DNA of 61,758 nt, filler included, from Bonamia ostreae (taxonomy: Eukaryota): assembly GCA_040357525.1 (NCBI GenBank). It is 9 parts of 9 records of this genome, joined end to end, with 100 filler letters (N's around TTAATTAATTAA, not from the genome) between each part and the next. Parts side by side here need not be neighbours in the genome. Positions count along the whole stretch, not along the records: positions 41,402 to 48,136 come from JBDODL010000110.1; positions 48,237 to 54,952 come from JBDODL010000111.1; positions 55,053 to 61,758 come from JBDODL010000112.1; 6 more parts are not named here. One strand, written 5' to 3'. A program made the translations under genes and the position numbers. Under the pieces are notes generated by a model. The model did not search any database. It was not told the origin of the DNA and worked only from the letters and a program-made list of their open reading frames with translations. Below are positions 48,090 through 60,434 of the stretch, one piece after another. Positions within the stretch are counted from its first letter, which is position 1; each line of letters starts with the position of its first letter.

Positions 48090-48289
48090 TTTTTAAGTTT
48101 TGTGGCTTAATAGATTTATTTGTTTAGACTTTAAGTNNNNNNNNNNNNNNNNNNNNNNNNNNNNNNNNNNNNNNNNNNNNTTAATTAATTAANNNNNNNN
48201 NNNNNNNNNNNNNNNNNNNNNNNNNNNNNNNNNNNNGAGACAACAATATTTTTAATAAAAAATATTAATGTAATAATATCAAAATTTAA

Positions 48290-51200
48290 ATTATTTATTT
48301 TGAAGCTCCAATTCGGAAGATTTCTTTCATTTTAAAAATTAAAAATTGACCAAAACGACAAATCGAAAAATGAAGAAACCAAAACAGAAAATAATTGGTC
48401 GATTTTGGGTACAATAACAGATTTTTCAATAACGAACTTTGAATTAAGAGATTTGACAGCGTCTTCAATCTCTTTGGTCGATTGAGATAAAATGTACTTT
48501 ATCGCTGTTATCAACTTTTCTGTCAATTTTGTATTCAAAATTCGATTGTTGATTCGTTTTAGCAATTCTTTCGGGTAAAAAATCGGCGTTTTCTTTTTAA
48601 AAATGTCATTTTTGAAAATTTACTTTTTCTTTGTTGCCAATATCAATTCTATTTAAAGCCCAGAAACAAATCTGGCCATTCAACATATCAAAAAACAACG
48701 GAATTCCTAAAGTTTGGTTAAAATTTAGCAAAACTTGTATAATTGTCTGAAAGTTTTAAGAAAATTTGTAAAAAAAGTTTCATATTTTTCTCTTCAAAAT
48801 TTTCTCCTTTTTCTGGTTTTATCGAACATTTCAAAATTTCTGAATTATTAAAATTGCTAAATTTTGATATTTAGCAAAAATTTTTTCACCGATAAAATTT
48901 TTTGATAAAACACAACAACAAATTTGACCAATTTTTTTTGAAATTTAGTAATTTAAAATTTAGCAATTTAACCGTTGTTTTCCAGAGATGTCAATTCGAA
49001 AGAAATAACTGGTAACAAAGACGATAGAACGTGAAAAGGAGAATGAATTAGTTTAATAAAAAATTTTAGACAATTTTCTGAAAATGGCGGAGCGCAAACA
49101 ATTTTTTCCAAATAAGAGCTTAAAACCAAAAGCTCTTTTTGTTGTAATGAACAGTTTTCTGGAGTAACTTTGATGACAAAGTACTTTTTTAGAGCTAAAA
49201 GTGCTCCGTTGTGATGAATGTTTTGTCCGAGAATCGTTTTCTTGTTTTCCAAATATTTTGACTATTTAGAAATTTGTTTTTTGGTCAAAATTTTAAAAGC
49301 GGTTTTGCAAAAATTTTAATTTTTGAAAAACGTCAAAATAAATTTTTTTGAGGAAATCGAATCCGCATCGGAAATGCCATTTTCTTAAAAAATCGTCGAT
49401 TTGGTTGATTTTAACGAAATTTTGCTTAAAATCAGCGCTTTCGATCATTAAGTTTTTGTTCGTTATTTTTATTCGAAGTTTGTTTTTTTGGTTTCTTTAA
49501 GTTATTTGTTTAAAAATTTTGTGAATAATTAAATTCTCAAATTGTAAAATTTTTTTATAAAACCTAAAAGATATTGTAAAACAACAAAAATGGTCAAATT
49601 GATATTTGAGCGATTTTTCAATTCCGTTTTTAAAATCCAATTTTTTACTCCAAAACAAAAACTTATCCAAACCGTCAAGTTTAGGCAAAATTTCAACAAC
49701 GGAAAAGAAAGTTTTTACATTTTCGTAATTTTCAATTGATTTAAAATCAAAAAAATTTTCCATTTTTTTCTAATTTTAAATTTAACAAAACAATCAATTT
49801 TTCTTTAAATTTTGAATAATTTTGACAAATTTTTGCATTTATTCTTACTTTTGCAGAAAAATTGTTTTCGCTAAATTTTAACCCTTTCATCGTAAAAACT
49901 ACGTTTATTAAAACATCTTCGGACTTTAGTTCGATTTTATTGAATTTTGAAAAACAGATTTCCCATTTGAATACGTTTTCTTTTGTTATAATTTTGACAT
50001 TTTTTACAAATTTTGAAATTTGGATAAATTTTAATTTCATTTTTATCCATTTTTCCAATATGGTCGATTTTATTGGTCCAATATATCTTTTTATGTCAAT
50101 TAAAATTTTTTTGTTACAAATTTTATTATCGGATTTTAGAAATTTTTATTATTGATTTCGAAAACTCGATTTTTTGTAAATGACTTTCATCAGACAAAAT
50201 CCAATTTTTTCCAATTTTGTCTAAAATCGAATTTGAACCGATTTTGAAAAAAAAGGAAATTTTATCATCGACGTCAATTTTATCCAATTTTAACAAATCG
50301 AAAAATTTGTTGGAACTGCAAAAATTTGAAAATTTTGTCGTTTTCGAAGTTTTGTCCGATTTGTAATTTATTCCAAATTTGGCAAATTCTGAAATTATAA
50401 TGTTCTCAAAAATCACTTTTTTCCAATCCAAAAATAAATTTGGACCAAATTTGGACCAAATTTTATCAAAATCATCGATTTTTAAACTTTGGGACATCTT
50501 TGAATTAAATTTTAGTCAACTTTGTAAAATTTAGCAGTCCAATCTAAAGTTACATCGAATTGCGATTTGTTAGAAATTATCAAATCGATTTTGTAAATCT
50601 GTTCGTCAAACCAATGAACGCAAAATTTCAAGTTTTGGTTCAAAATTATTTCCATTTTGTTTCTTTCCACTTAAAATTTTGATAAATTTGCATTTTATAA
50701 TAAAATCGTTTACTAAAATTTAGCCAAATTTGACTAATTTGGAATTAAAATTTAGCCAAAAAACATTTACTAAATCTGTAAAATATCTCATTTTTACAAC
50801 ATTTCTTTGCACATTCTCCAATTTTAGATTTTCTCACAATAAATTGATTTAAAGAAAAACGAAATTTTGAAAAATAAAAATCCGTTTTTATTGATAAAAT
50901 GATCTAAAATTTTCAAATTTTTACTTTAAAAATGTTCCTGTAATCTTCCGACAACATTTTATTGTAAATATTCAATTTATTGATGTCAGAAACACAATTC
51001 GTTTTTACAATCAATTCGCCATTTCTATAATTGACCGTAAAATTTAGCCAGACATTTTTGTTCGCAATGACGAACAACGACATTTTTTCAGTGCAATCAA
51101 CAAATTTTTTTATTCCAATCTCCAAAATTTCGGTTTCAACTTCTAAAATGTTCAGTTTTCGACTAAATTTTAAATTTGAAATAACATTAAATGCTCAGTC

Positions 51201-52718
51201 GATTCGAATTTGTTATCAATTACTTTGTTCTTATAATCGTTTTCAGGAATAAGAAACGCTTTTTCCCAAAGAAAATTGTTGATGTTTTCAAAAGTCCGAA
51301 TATTTTTAAAGCTTTTTTTCAAATCTCTTAAAAATTTGAGAATTGTTAAAAGAAGAGCATTTCCGTTCGCATTAAAAATCGTTTTTACGATTTCAAGCAA
51401 AAATATGGGATTTTTGCTGTTTTTGAATGTCGTTTTGTCGTTATTAAAAATTTGGACGAATTTTGTCATTTTTTGGTCCAAATCGGAAGATTCAAGAATT
51501 TTTGTGTTTTCGTCAAAAGTGAATTTGAGCGAATTGCAAAATTTTTCGATTTTGATAAATTTTAGCGATTTTTCTTTTTTTTCGAATTTTCGAATTTTCA
51601 AATTTTTGCCAAAATTTGGTAATTTACTCCAATAATATATCACAAGGAATTCACCCGGAGAATAATCAAATTCCATTTCACAACAAAAATATTTCTAAAA
51701 TTTTGGTTTTAAACCTTTAAAAAGCTTATTTCGGATTTTAAATGGTTTAAAAATATTTTGTTTTTTAAGTCGATCAAAGCTTCAAAAATGGCATCAAAAT
51801 TTTGTTTTGTCGTTTTATCGTCTAAATTTTGATGGAAAGAATTTAAATTTAGCGATTCTATAAATTTTTGTTTGTCGCTTTTTTTCTTATTTGCCAAATA
51901 TAACAAATTTTCAGCTTTAAAATTTAGCAAAATCCAGAAAATTTTAAAATTCTCTCTTTTCGCGTTCATTGATATACTTAACTTAATTTTTGGAAAAAAG
52001 GGCATTTGAAAATATCCCATTCCTTTATCTATTAAAATTTAGCCAAAAATAATCAAATGAAAAAAAAATAAAAATTGACCGATTTTATTAAAATCGAAAA
52101 AAAGTTAACCGATTTTGAGCAACTTAATATTTAGTTTTTTGGCAAAATCTTTTTTGCTCAACAAATCGCAAATTTTATTATTTAGAAAATTTTTTGTTTG
52201 GTCAAAATTTTTTTTCTCGAAAAGAGGTTTTTCAGTAAAGTTTTTGGTTACTGAATTTATATCAAGATAAGGATATGTTCTGCGGTAAAGAACATTGCTC
52301 GCAGTTATTATGTCCCACATTTTCACGACTTTAATTGTGGCCAAATTTTGAGACAAATTTAGTATCGAATCGGTCGTTATTTTTGCGTTTTTTTCGAAAA
52401 CGATTGTTTTAGACTAATAAAATGAAATTTTCAAACGATCAAATTTTCCTTCTCGGAAAAATTTAATCGCGTCCATTTTAGAAAACAGTACAATTTTAAA
52501 ATTCTAAAGTGAAGCGAGTCGATGAAATGGGACAGTTTTTTGTTCATTTCAAAAACGGTCTCATTGTCGAGACTTCGGATTATTTTTATATAAAACTTTT
52601 CTAATAATTCTATAAGCTCCAAATATATTGAAGCAAAGAATGACTTGACCGCTTTTTTAACGAGAATAAGATCGCCACCGACATGTTTCCATATAAGTGG
52701 CAATTTGCTGTCAGACAT
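48290..52718 (-). CDS. MED14: Mediator subunit 14 (highly divergent, many exons; 3' end approximate)
   Basis: N-terminal KLSHFIDSLHFRILKLYCFLKW and MWDIITASNVLYRRTYPYL match the Med14 motifs L..LVKW and DI..A..VL...Y..L; a chain of same-strand ORFs follows. Confidence 0.65.
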
Positions 52719-52837
52719 TTTCCTTTGGCTAAATGCTAACAATCTAAAAATTAAAATTTTAGGCTATAAGTTTTTAGCAATCGATTCGTTGTTCTAATTT
52801 TTTGCAATAAATGTAATTTGAGCAATGCGAAAATAAG

Positions 52838-52951
52838 TGATGCCTGCGGGATTTGAACCCGCGAATCCCAAATGTGGGACCAATCCAACGACTCAAAGAC
52901 GAGGTCAGGAGTTGGAGGTGAAAGATGTGTTTACCACTGCACCAAGACATC
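52838..52951 (-). ncRNA. Aberrant tRNA-like gene (114 nt) with expanded D, anticodon and variable regions
   Basis: GATGTCT/AGGCATC+A acceptor, A box TGGTGCAGTGG, perfect T arm GCGGG-TTCAAAT-CCCGC, TTTT downstream; no canonical anticodon arm. Confidence 0.75.
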
Positions 52952-53134
52952 ACTTACGATAATAAAAATTTGTGGCATTTAAATATTCAGATTAAAATAT
53001 TTTTTTATATTTCGTCGTTTTGTTTAAAATTGTCACATCGAAAATTTTAAATTTTACAAATCGGAAATGAGCTAATTGTTTTATCAAAATTGACCAAAAA
53101 GACGAATTAAAAAATTACAATTAAAGTCATTTAT

Positions 53135-54339
53135 TCAAAAATGGTCGTCGTAAACGCCCATTGGATCCGTTCCCAAACTATTTAAATAGTTTTTGTACAA
53201 GCTATAATCATTGTTCCTTTCGTGATCATTGAATGGTTCCATGAAGTTATCAAGAATATTATATTCATTAACTATTTGCTGTGGTTTGCCCTTTTCTTGG
53301 TATTCGTTTAAAATTTGCTTCAGTCTTTCAAATTTATCGCTTTGCAAAAATTTCGAATTAGAAATTTTTCGAATTAAAATTAAAAAATTTTCATGTTAAA
53401 AATCAAATGAACGGTTTCAATGGTTCGTTATCTTCAATGTTGACACGACCAATTTCTTCGGGCATACCAAAAAATGACTCTTCAGTTCTAAGATACAATT
53501 GGCACCTCAACTTGCGACTAACCCGATCTACTGAAATAACTATTCGCGCCATTTGGTTCGCTTCTTCATAATTTTGCAATGCCATTGAACGCGGCAGAAT
53601 GTAAAAAATTTCGTGTAGTTGAAATGCGTACTGTTCCTTTTTCGGGTACACCTTTCTAATAAACGAAGTGGCATCTATCGCGTCTTGCTCTTTTGGGAAC
53701 AATATCAAATGCCACGCTTTGTTGTACACTTTAAATTGTTATTTTGAAAATAAGTAAATGCTTTATTGTTACCAAAAATTTTATTTTTCATAATTTTATT
53801 GTTTTGTTGTTAACGAAAATTTTATTTTTAATTATCTTTTTGTTACGAAAAATATTGAAAATTTGAACCAAATGAAAATTTGCTAAGAGTGACGGATTTG
53901 TTGCCAATTTCAATTTTTCTACTTGAAGTTTGACATGGAAACTCAATTGATTTGGCAAAGCGGCACCTTCTCAAATCAACAACAACATTGTTGCTATGAT
54001 TCGAACATACCAATGCTTTGGTTGTCACAATCATATCACAATTGTCCACTCTATGAAAAGCACAGTGTTGTTTTCTTTTCGATTTTTTTCTTTCATTTTA
54101 TTATTAGGAAATGTTTTACTCGTTTATTTGTTCTGTTTTGTAACGCTTTTAAATTTTTGTTACTATTTACAAATTTAGTTTGCACTTTTGAAAAAACTTC
54201 AAAAATTTTTCGAAAAATTATAAACGACCAAAACACAAAAAATTACTGTAAAAAAATCATTCCGGTTACTTAAGAACACGTAATAGGAACGATTCCAAAA
54301 ACAAAAAAACCCTTTCAGATTTTTCAAGTTGTTCTTCAT
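53135..54339 (-). CDS. Orphan protein with Cys-rich domain (copy A); start uncertain
   Basis: Exons QHCAFHRVDNC...EFPCQTSS, then YNKAWHLILFP..., then QSDKFERLKQIL... Confidence 0.65.
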
Positions 54340-54585
54340 CCCAAAATTCAAATGACACTTAATTATCGTACTTAAATTAATTCTAATTTAGACTTTGCTT
54401 TTTTTTCGAGTTTACGGGAGATAGACCCTTCTTTCAAAAATCTTAAATCGGTTGTATATATTCAGAACTGGAATTTCTGTCACATTTGTTAACTTTTCTC
54501 CCGAAACTAATTTTTTTCCTATTTTATTTCAATTGTTAAACGTTGCACCAGAATTCCAGTAACGGCTTTTTTCGCATTTTTCTAG

Positions 54586-54880
54586 CTAATCCCATTGAAA
54601 CTGTCATGAATTCGCCGCAATCTTGTTTTTATAATTTGTGATGAAAATTAGTGATGAAACCTTCCTATGAAAAGACGCAGCATTGTGTATTCCATCGACT
54701 TTCAGGCTGCAAAAAGAACGTTTCCAGTCGAGCTTTGGTGTGTGATGAGCATTTTGGGACTGTGAAAGTGCCTTTGGAGCGTTGCAGGGTAACAAAGTCG
54801 CTTGAATTTCCGTGCCAGTCGAGTTCGAAGAAGTTGAGATTTGCGTCGAAAAGTATATCGATTGTTAAGTTTAATTTTGG
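54586..54880 (+). CDS. Orphan protein with Cys-rich domain (copy B, paralog of copy A); 3' truncated, start uncertain
   Basis: QHCVFHRLSGCKKNVSSRALVCDEHFGTVKVPLERCRVTKSLEFPCQSSSKK aligns without gaps to copy A. Confidence 0.7.
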
Positions 54881-55127
54881 TTTTTAAAATCAAAGTCAAA
54901 AAATTTTTAAAATGGTTTGTGAGTTCTCACCTTTTATTGAAACTAAAAATTTNNNNNNNNNNNNNNNNNNNNNNNNNNNNNNNNNNNNNNNNNNNNTTAA
55001 TTAATTAANNNNNNNNNNNNNNNNNNNNNNNNNNNNNNNNNNNNNNNNNNNNAATTTTGACCGAACTTTAATATTTTTTCTAAAACTAATTTTGATCGAA
55101 CATCTAAAAATTCTAAAAAATATTTAG

Positions 55128-55471
55128 CCGAGAAACTAATAGCAATCTTCGACAGCAAAACTTACTCTCTGAAATCGCTAATTTTGCAGAGAAACAAAAT
55201 TAGAAGTGTTTGTTGGGACAACAACAAACAAGAATTGTTGTTTTGTTGTGGCAACAACAATTTTGCTGTTTGGTCTCCTGAACAATGTTGCATTATTGAC
55301 CTAAATTTCAACCAGAAATGTTTTCTAGTTTTTAAAAATAGTAAAATGGCGATCTAAAAAGATATCTTCGTTTGGAATAAAAGACCACCGAAAAATATTG
55401 ATTGCTGCAACAAATGTTTAAAATTCGCTAAATTTATAAAGGGGCAAGTTTGTGTTGGAAAAATAAATTGA
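55128..55471 (+). CDS. WRAP73: WRAP73/WDR8 WD40 protein, 3' part
   Basis: LIAIFDSKTYSLKSLILQRNKIRSVCWDNNKQELLFCCGNNNFAVWSPEQCCIIDL resembles the C-terminal WD repeat of WRAP73. Confidence 0.65.
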
Positions 55472-55622
55472 TTTTAATTTGTTAATTGGTTCTCAGTTAT
55501 AAAAATGGCGTATATGAACTAATCGATTTTCATCTACTTTAATATTTTTAAATCCTTAATATTGTCAAGAAGATTTTCAATTTTAAAAATTGATATCGTC
55601 AATTTAAAAAAAATGTCGTAAT

Positions 55623-56164
55623 TTAGCAAAACGGCTCGTAATATTTCTGATACGACTTTCCAGGGCAGCCAGGTTTCCCGCACTGTCCAGGAGGGCCACA
55701 AGCCCCTTTTGGGCCTCTGCAGCCTGGTGCTCCAAAAGCACCGCGGGGACCCATCACGCCATTTCTTCCAGATGGTCCACACAATCCAACGTTTCCACAT
55801 CTTCCTCGATCACCCCGAGGACCCATTGGTCCCATTATTCCAGGGCATCCGCGCATTCCGTGAAGTCCTTTCAGATATAATGAGCCAAAATATAACAAAG
55901 TCAAATTTATCAAGTAACTGTTGTTTATAAGATTAAAAGAATGGTTTTGTAAAAATAATCGAACAAATTTTGTTCATCAATTCCAAAATCAAAATTATGA
56001 CAAATATAACCAATTCCAGGGCATCCTTGTTTACCAGGAGGACCTGGTGGCCCAGGTGGTCCAGCAATAACAGGACGACAAACATTGCCGCAAGGCTGTG
56101 GCAAACAGTTCCAATCGTTCTGACAATAATTGTTGAAGGGGTAGCAATTGTTAAAATTGTACAT
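55623..56164 (-). CDS. Short cysteine-rich collagen-like protein (132 aa, 2 exons)
   Basis: Removing intron 55868-56010 joins (GXY)5-GI-(GXY)24; Cys/Asn/Tyr-rich N-terminal head. Confidence 0.85.
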
Positions 56165-56372
56165 TCTAAGAACATTAAATTGAAACCTTTTCTAATCGAT
56201 GGCTTTTGGAGTTTTTTTAGCGATTTGAAAATTTTATTGACGGTTTTGTTCGAATAAAGTAAAATATTGTCCTTGATAAAATTTTTCTAACTTTGGCAAT
56301 ATTAGATTTTAAAATGGCGTAAAAGTTATATTAAAGATTTTATAAAAAAAAGTAAAGATGACATTTAATATT

Positions 56373-59300
56373 CTAAATGTCAAATCTCTCATTTGTTTCG
56401 TCATCTTTATCTCCGTTCAAATAATAATTGGTAACAATAACACGTTGAGCCTTCTCAACATTTAAAAAATCGTTCATATCTTCATTCGCGTTCAAAATTT
56501 GCTCGCTCAAATCTAATGGCTTCTTCAATGGATTCGGTGGTGCAATCAAATCAACAATGTTTATTCCTATTAACAAAAACACAGCCAAATAACAGTAATA
56601 ACATTGAAACCACCCTTGAGATCGGACGATTTTCAGTTTTATGAAAGGTATTAAATAAAACAGCGAATTTAAAATGGTATCAAAGGCCAAAAAATGGAAG
56701 AAACCGGTGAAAAAGATGATCAAATTAAATGTTAGCGCGTTGGTTTTTAATCCTTTTTTGCCCGTTAAAGCAGAAAGTAAGTTTGATGTTACCAAAACTA
56801 GAATAATTATGAAGCAAGGGTATATCATCAAAATTTTACAAAAAGTTCCAAAGAAATTTGTTACTCCAAACGATTTTTGTATTCTTTTAAGACTTTCTAA
56901 AGTCTCTTTCATTTTTTTGAATTCTTTTTTAATAAATTAGTTTCAATGCTACAGATTTTATAAAAAATTTTGTGTGCGATAATATAAAAAATTGTCATTG
57001 TCCCAAATTATAAATGTGCATATCAAAAATAAAAACGAGGATTAATGTCTGAAATAGAGCCAAATAATGGCCCCAAAAACTTTAGAATAAAGATAGCGAT
57101 ATCACTTTTGCATTCAGCGCTTTGTTCTTTATCTTGCGAAATTAATTCATCTTCATTTGATTGAGGTCCCAAATCATTTAAAATTGCAGAAAGCAATTTT
57201 TTTAAATTCGTTTTAATCACAAAATATTCAAATGTGAATGATTTAATGGCGATGTAGCCAATTATTAACGAGATGAGCACATAGATATTTACCAAAGCGA
57301 TATCTCCAAAATGTGTAGTATCACAAACTTTTTTGCATTCTGCGTCTTTTTGTTAATTTACATATTCCATATAAACCGTTTAAATCGAACTCAAGTTTCT
57401 TGTTACAACAATAAATCGGTTTATATCTTCGCATAAAATCTTCTTCTCCGCCAGAATGTTGGCAAGGGCAACATTTATTCTTTTCATAACAGCATACTGG
57501 CCTTCTATCCGTCGTCACATTCAGTTTTAGAAATGGACAAATGTTCGCAAAAATCAATTTACATATTTCAGAAGGGCTTTCTTCAATGTTTTTTGAACAA
57601 TTACAACAACTTTCAAAAAAATCTTTTACCAAATAAGTGTTGTACACTATTTCTGAAATGCCGTTATGATCATAAATCAACGGCTCTGTACCGGAATTGT
57701 TACCAGTTTTCAATACCTTTTCTCTTTTATCCATTATGTTTTCATTGATTTCCATTTTTCTTTCTATTTTTTCAATAATTTCCATTTTTCAACATATTTT
57801 TAATAATTTTTGTTGCTACCGTTTTAATAATGTTGTTTGTGATTATATGATTTGGTCGTTTTTTAAATAATTTTTGTTGTTAACGTTTAAATGATGTTGT
57901 TTGTTATTCGATTTAATAATATTATTCGATTGTTATCGTTTTTATATAAAACCTTCGTAATTTTTTTGGCGACTGAAGAATATGTGCAATGAAAAAAACA
58001 GCATTGAAAGCAAAGAAAGTACATACGATATAACTATCATTGTATAAAAAGTGGTTGTAGCAAACCAAACATCCACAAAACCCAAATTTATTCGTCTAAC
58101 AATTACAAATTTTATCAAGAAGATAAAAGAAAGAAAAATTGCCGAAGAAACAGCCATTATTTGAGGGAAAATGGACAATTTAATTTTAGTCAGAAAGGTT
58201 TGCCGTTCGCAAAACAGAATTAGTATTAAAAAAAGTTCAATCACTCCAGTCAATGATCCAATAATCAAAAAACTGGCACTGAAGTATTTGAGTTTCGACC
58301 CACCAGTTTTTTGCATCTTCAATTTTTTAACTTTCTTCACAAATTTTAATATTCCTTTCAAATTGCTCTTAAAGCGAAGAAGCAATCTGGAAAATTTGCG
58401 GAAACTTCTTGACATCGTTGATATTCTCGATGCGAAATAAGGCGCAGAACCCAAACTATTTTTGTATAAATCAGATATGTAAACAATAATGTAACAATAT
58501 GCAAATAAAAAAATTATTGGTAACTATCAGATGTATAGAATAAAAACCCAAAAGGCAAAACAGCCAAAGAAATTGCCAATGCTACAGCTATTATAATGGC
58601 AATGCAAATTAGAACAGAAATTGCATCATTAAAAGCAAAAAATGCCAAACTTGTCATAAAAACAACCGCTTTTTCAATGTAAAAAATCAGATTTTCACAT
58701 CCTTCAATCAAATTTTTTAAAATGTCATGTACTTGGTAATCAAAATCGAACCAATCTTTAAAAAACGACAAGAAATAGAGAAAACAAGCAATTGTCGCGA
58801 ACAAATAAGCGATGAAAAATGCCACCAAAGAAGCCGTTTCAGCAGAAAATGTCTTTTTTACTAGAAAAATAGTCATATTTTTTGTTTTGTTGAAATTCAT
58901 AAAGATGTTTACGCACAAATTGAACATTGTCACCAATATTAATGAGACGTAAGCAATAATAAAATCTTTTCTTTCCGCAAAATTTTGATAAATGACTGAA
59001 TACAAAAACAAAATGTACAAAAAATCGGACATCTGGATGAACCTTAAGCTTTCTTTTCTGTTTTTTAGCAAGAAAAAGTACACTTTTCGTATAAAAATCA
59101 GCGGTAACAATAGTAAAACGAAAGAGTTTTGAAAAAGAGACTTTTGTGATTCGCTCCATTCGTCTCCGGAAAAATCATCGAAGCAAATTTTGATAAAAGA
59201 CTTTTGTTAAAATTATAGTTACCAAGTACAAGAATATTTCAACACAATTGTTTATAAGAACTAACAGAACGTCTATGAAAGCGAAATCTGATTTTTTGTG

Positions 59301-60054
59301 TGTCATATCTTCGCCGAATGAAGATAACCAAGGATGTTTCATTTTATTGTTACACTTTGCAGAAACAAAAACTTTTGTATTGTAAATTGATAACGTAATT
59401 TTTTAATTGGCTTATTGGTACCAGTAACAATAAAACTACAAAAATAATGATTTGGTTTTTAGGTTTGTTAAAAATATATTTGCATTGGAACAAACAGTAA
59501 TAAAATGTACCTAAAAAAGAGATTATCGTATACAGAAGCACAGCAAGGTCGAAAAGAATATCCAAATTGGTTTCAACGAAACTAATATTCTGCATAAAAG
59601 AAGTGTCAACGCTTTTATAGAAAGTTGAAATATCAAATTTATCCATTTCGGAAGCATAGAAAATCTAAAATTAAATAAAAACAATTGAAGCGTAAATGCA
59701 CATTCGAAACAAATAGATGTCAATAGTATTCGCAGAAAATCCGAAAAAACGCACTATTTTAGATAATTTTTGTCTTCCTAGAAAATCTCCTTTGCCCGGG
59801 AAATTGAAGCCACCACAAAAAGTATCGAAGATTGCGACTATTATCAAAACGGCGAAAATAGTTTTGTGATAAAAGTTTGCAAATTCTGCCATTGTTGCAA
59901 TTGTCTTGTTTGGATAGTACTCATTTTCATTTTGATATAAAATGAAAGAAAGAAGAATTTGGATGAAGTAAAGACAGAAAAACAAACGGATGAAACCGAC
60001 GAGAATATTTGTTACAACCGAAATAACATTATCGTTTATTTTGGATTGAGTCAT
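56373..60054 (-). CDS. Large orphan polytopic membrane protein (many exons; may be more than one gene)
   Basis: Chain of same-strand hydrophobic ORFs linked by short GT-AG introns (e.g. 18 nt at 59665-59682); Cys-rich loop at 57321-57785. Confidence 0.6.
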
Positions 60055-60434
60055 TAATTTTATTTTCCGAATTTCAAGTTTTGTTACAGTTTTGTGTATG
60101 TTTGCGGCTATTTTTAAATTTTATAGTTGTCGTATAATAAAAAGTGGCAATGATAAATAATATGATCAGTTTTAAATAATATTTGACAACAATGTTTTTG
60201 TCATTATCGAACAAAAAGATATTTAATTAAAATTGAACAAATCGTAAATTTATTTTAATCAGTCATAAATAGACTGTTTATTTTAATCATTAAATTTAAC
60301 AAAATTAAATTTTTCATGTCAAATTTCGAAGAATATTTATTATTAGAAAATCCGTATAGAACTCTAATTTCAATATTATATAAAAAAATATAAGCTTGAG
60401 ATAACATATACTTTTGGCTAAATCTTATTGTCGA

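Noticed and set aside
55343-56319. Recurring AAAATGGCG (YY1-like) motif
   Set aside because: Most of the six occurrences fall within coding exons, so there is no support for a promoter role.
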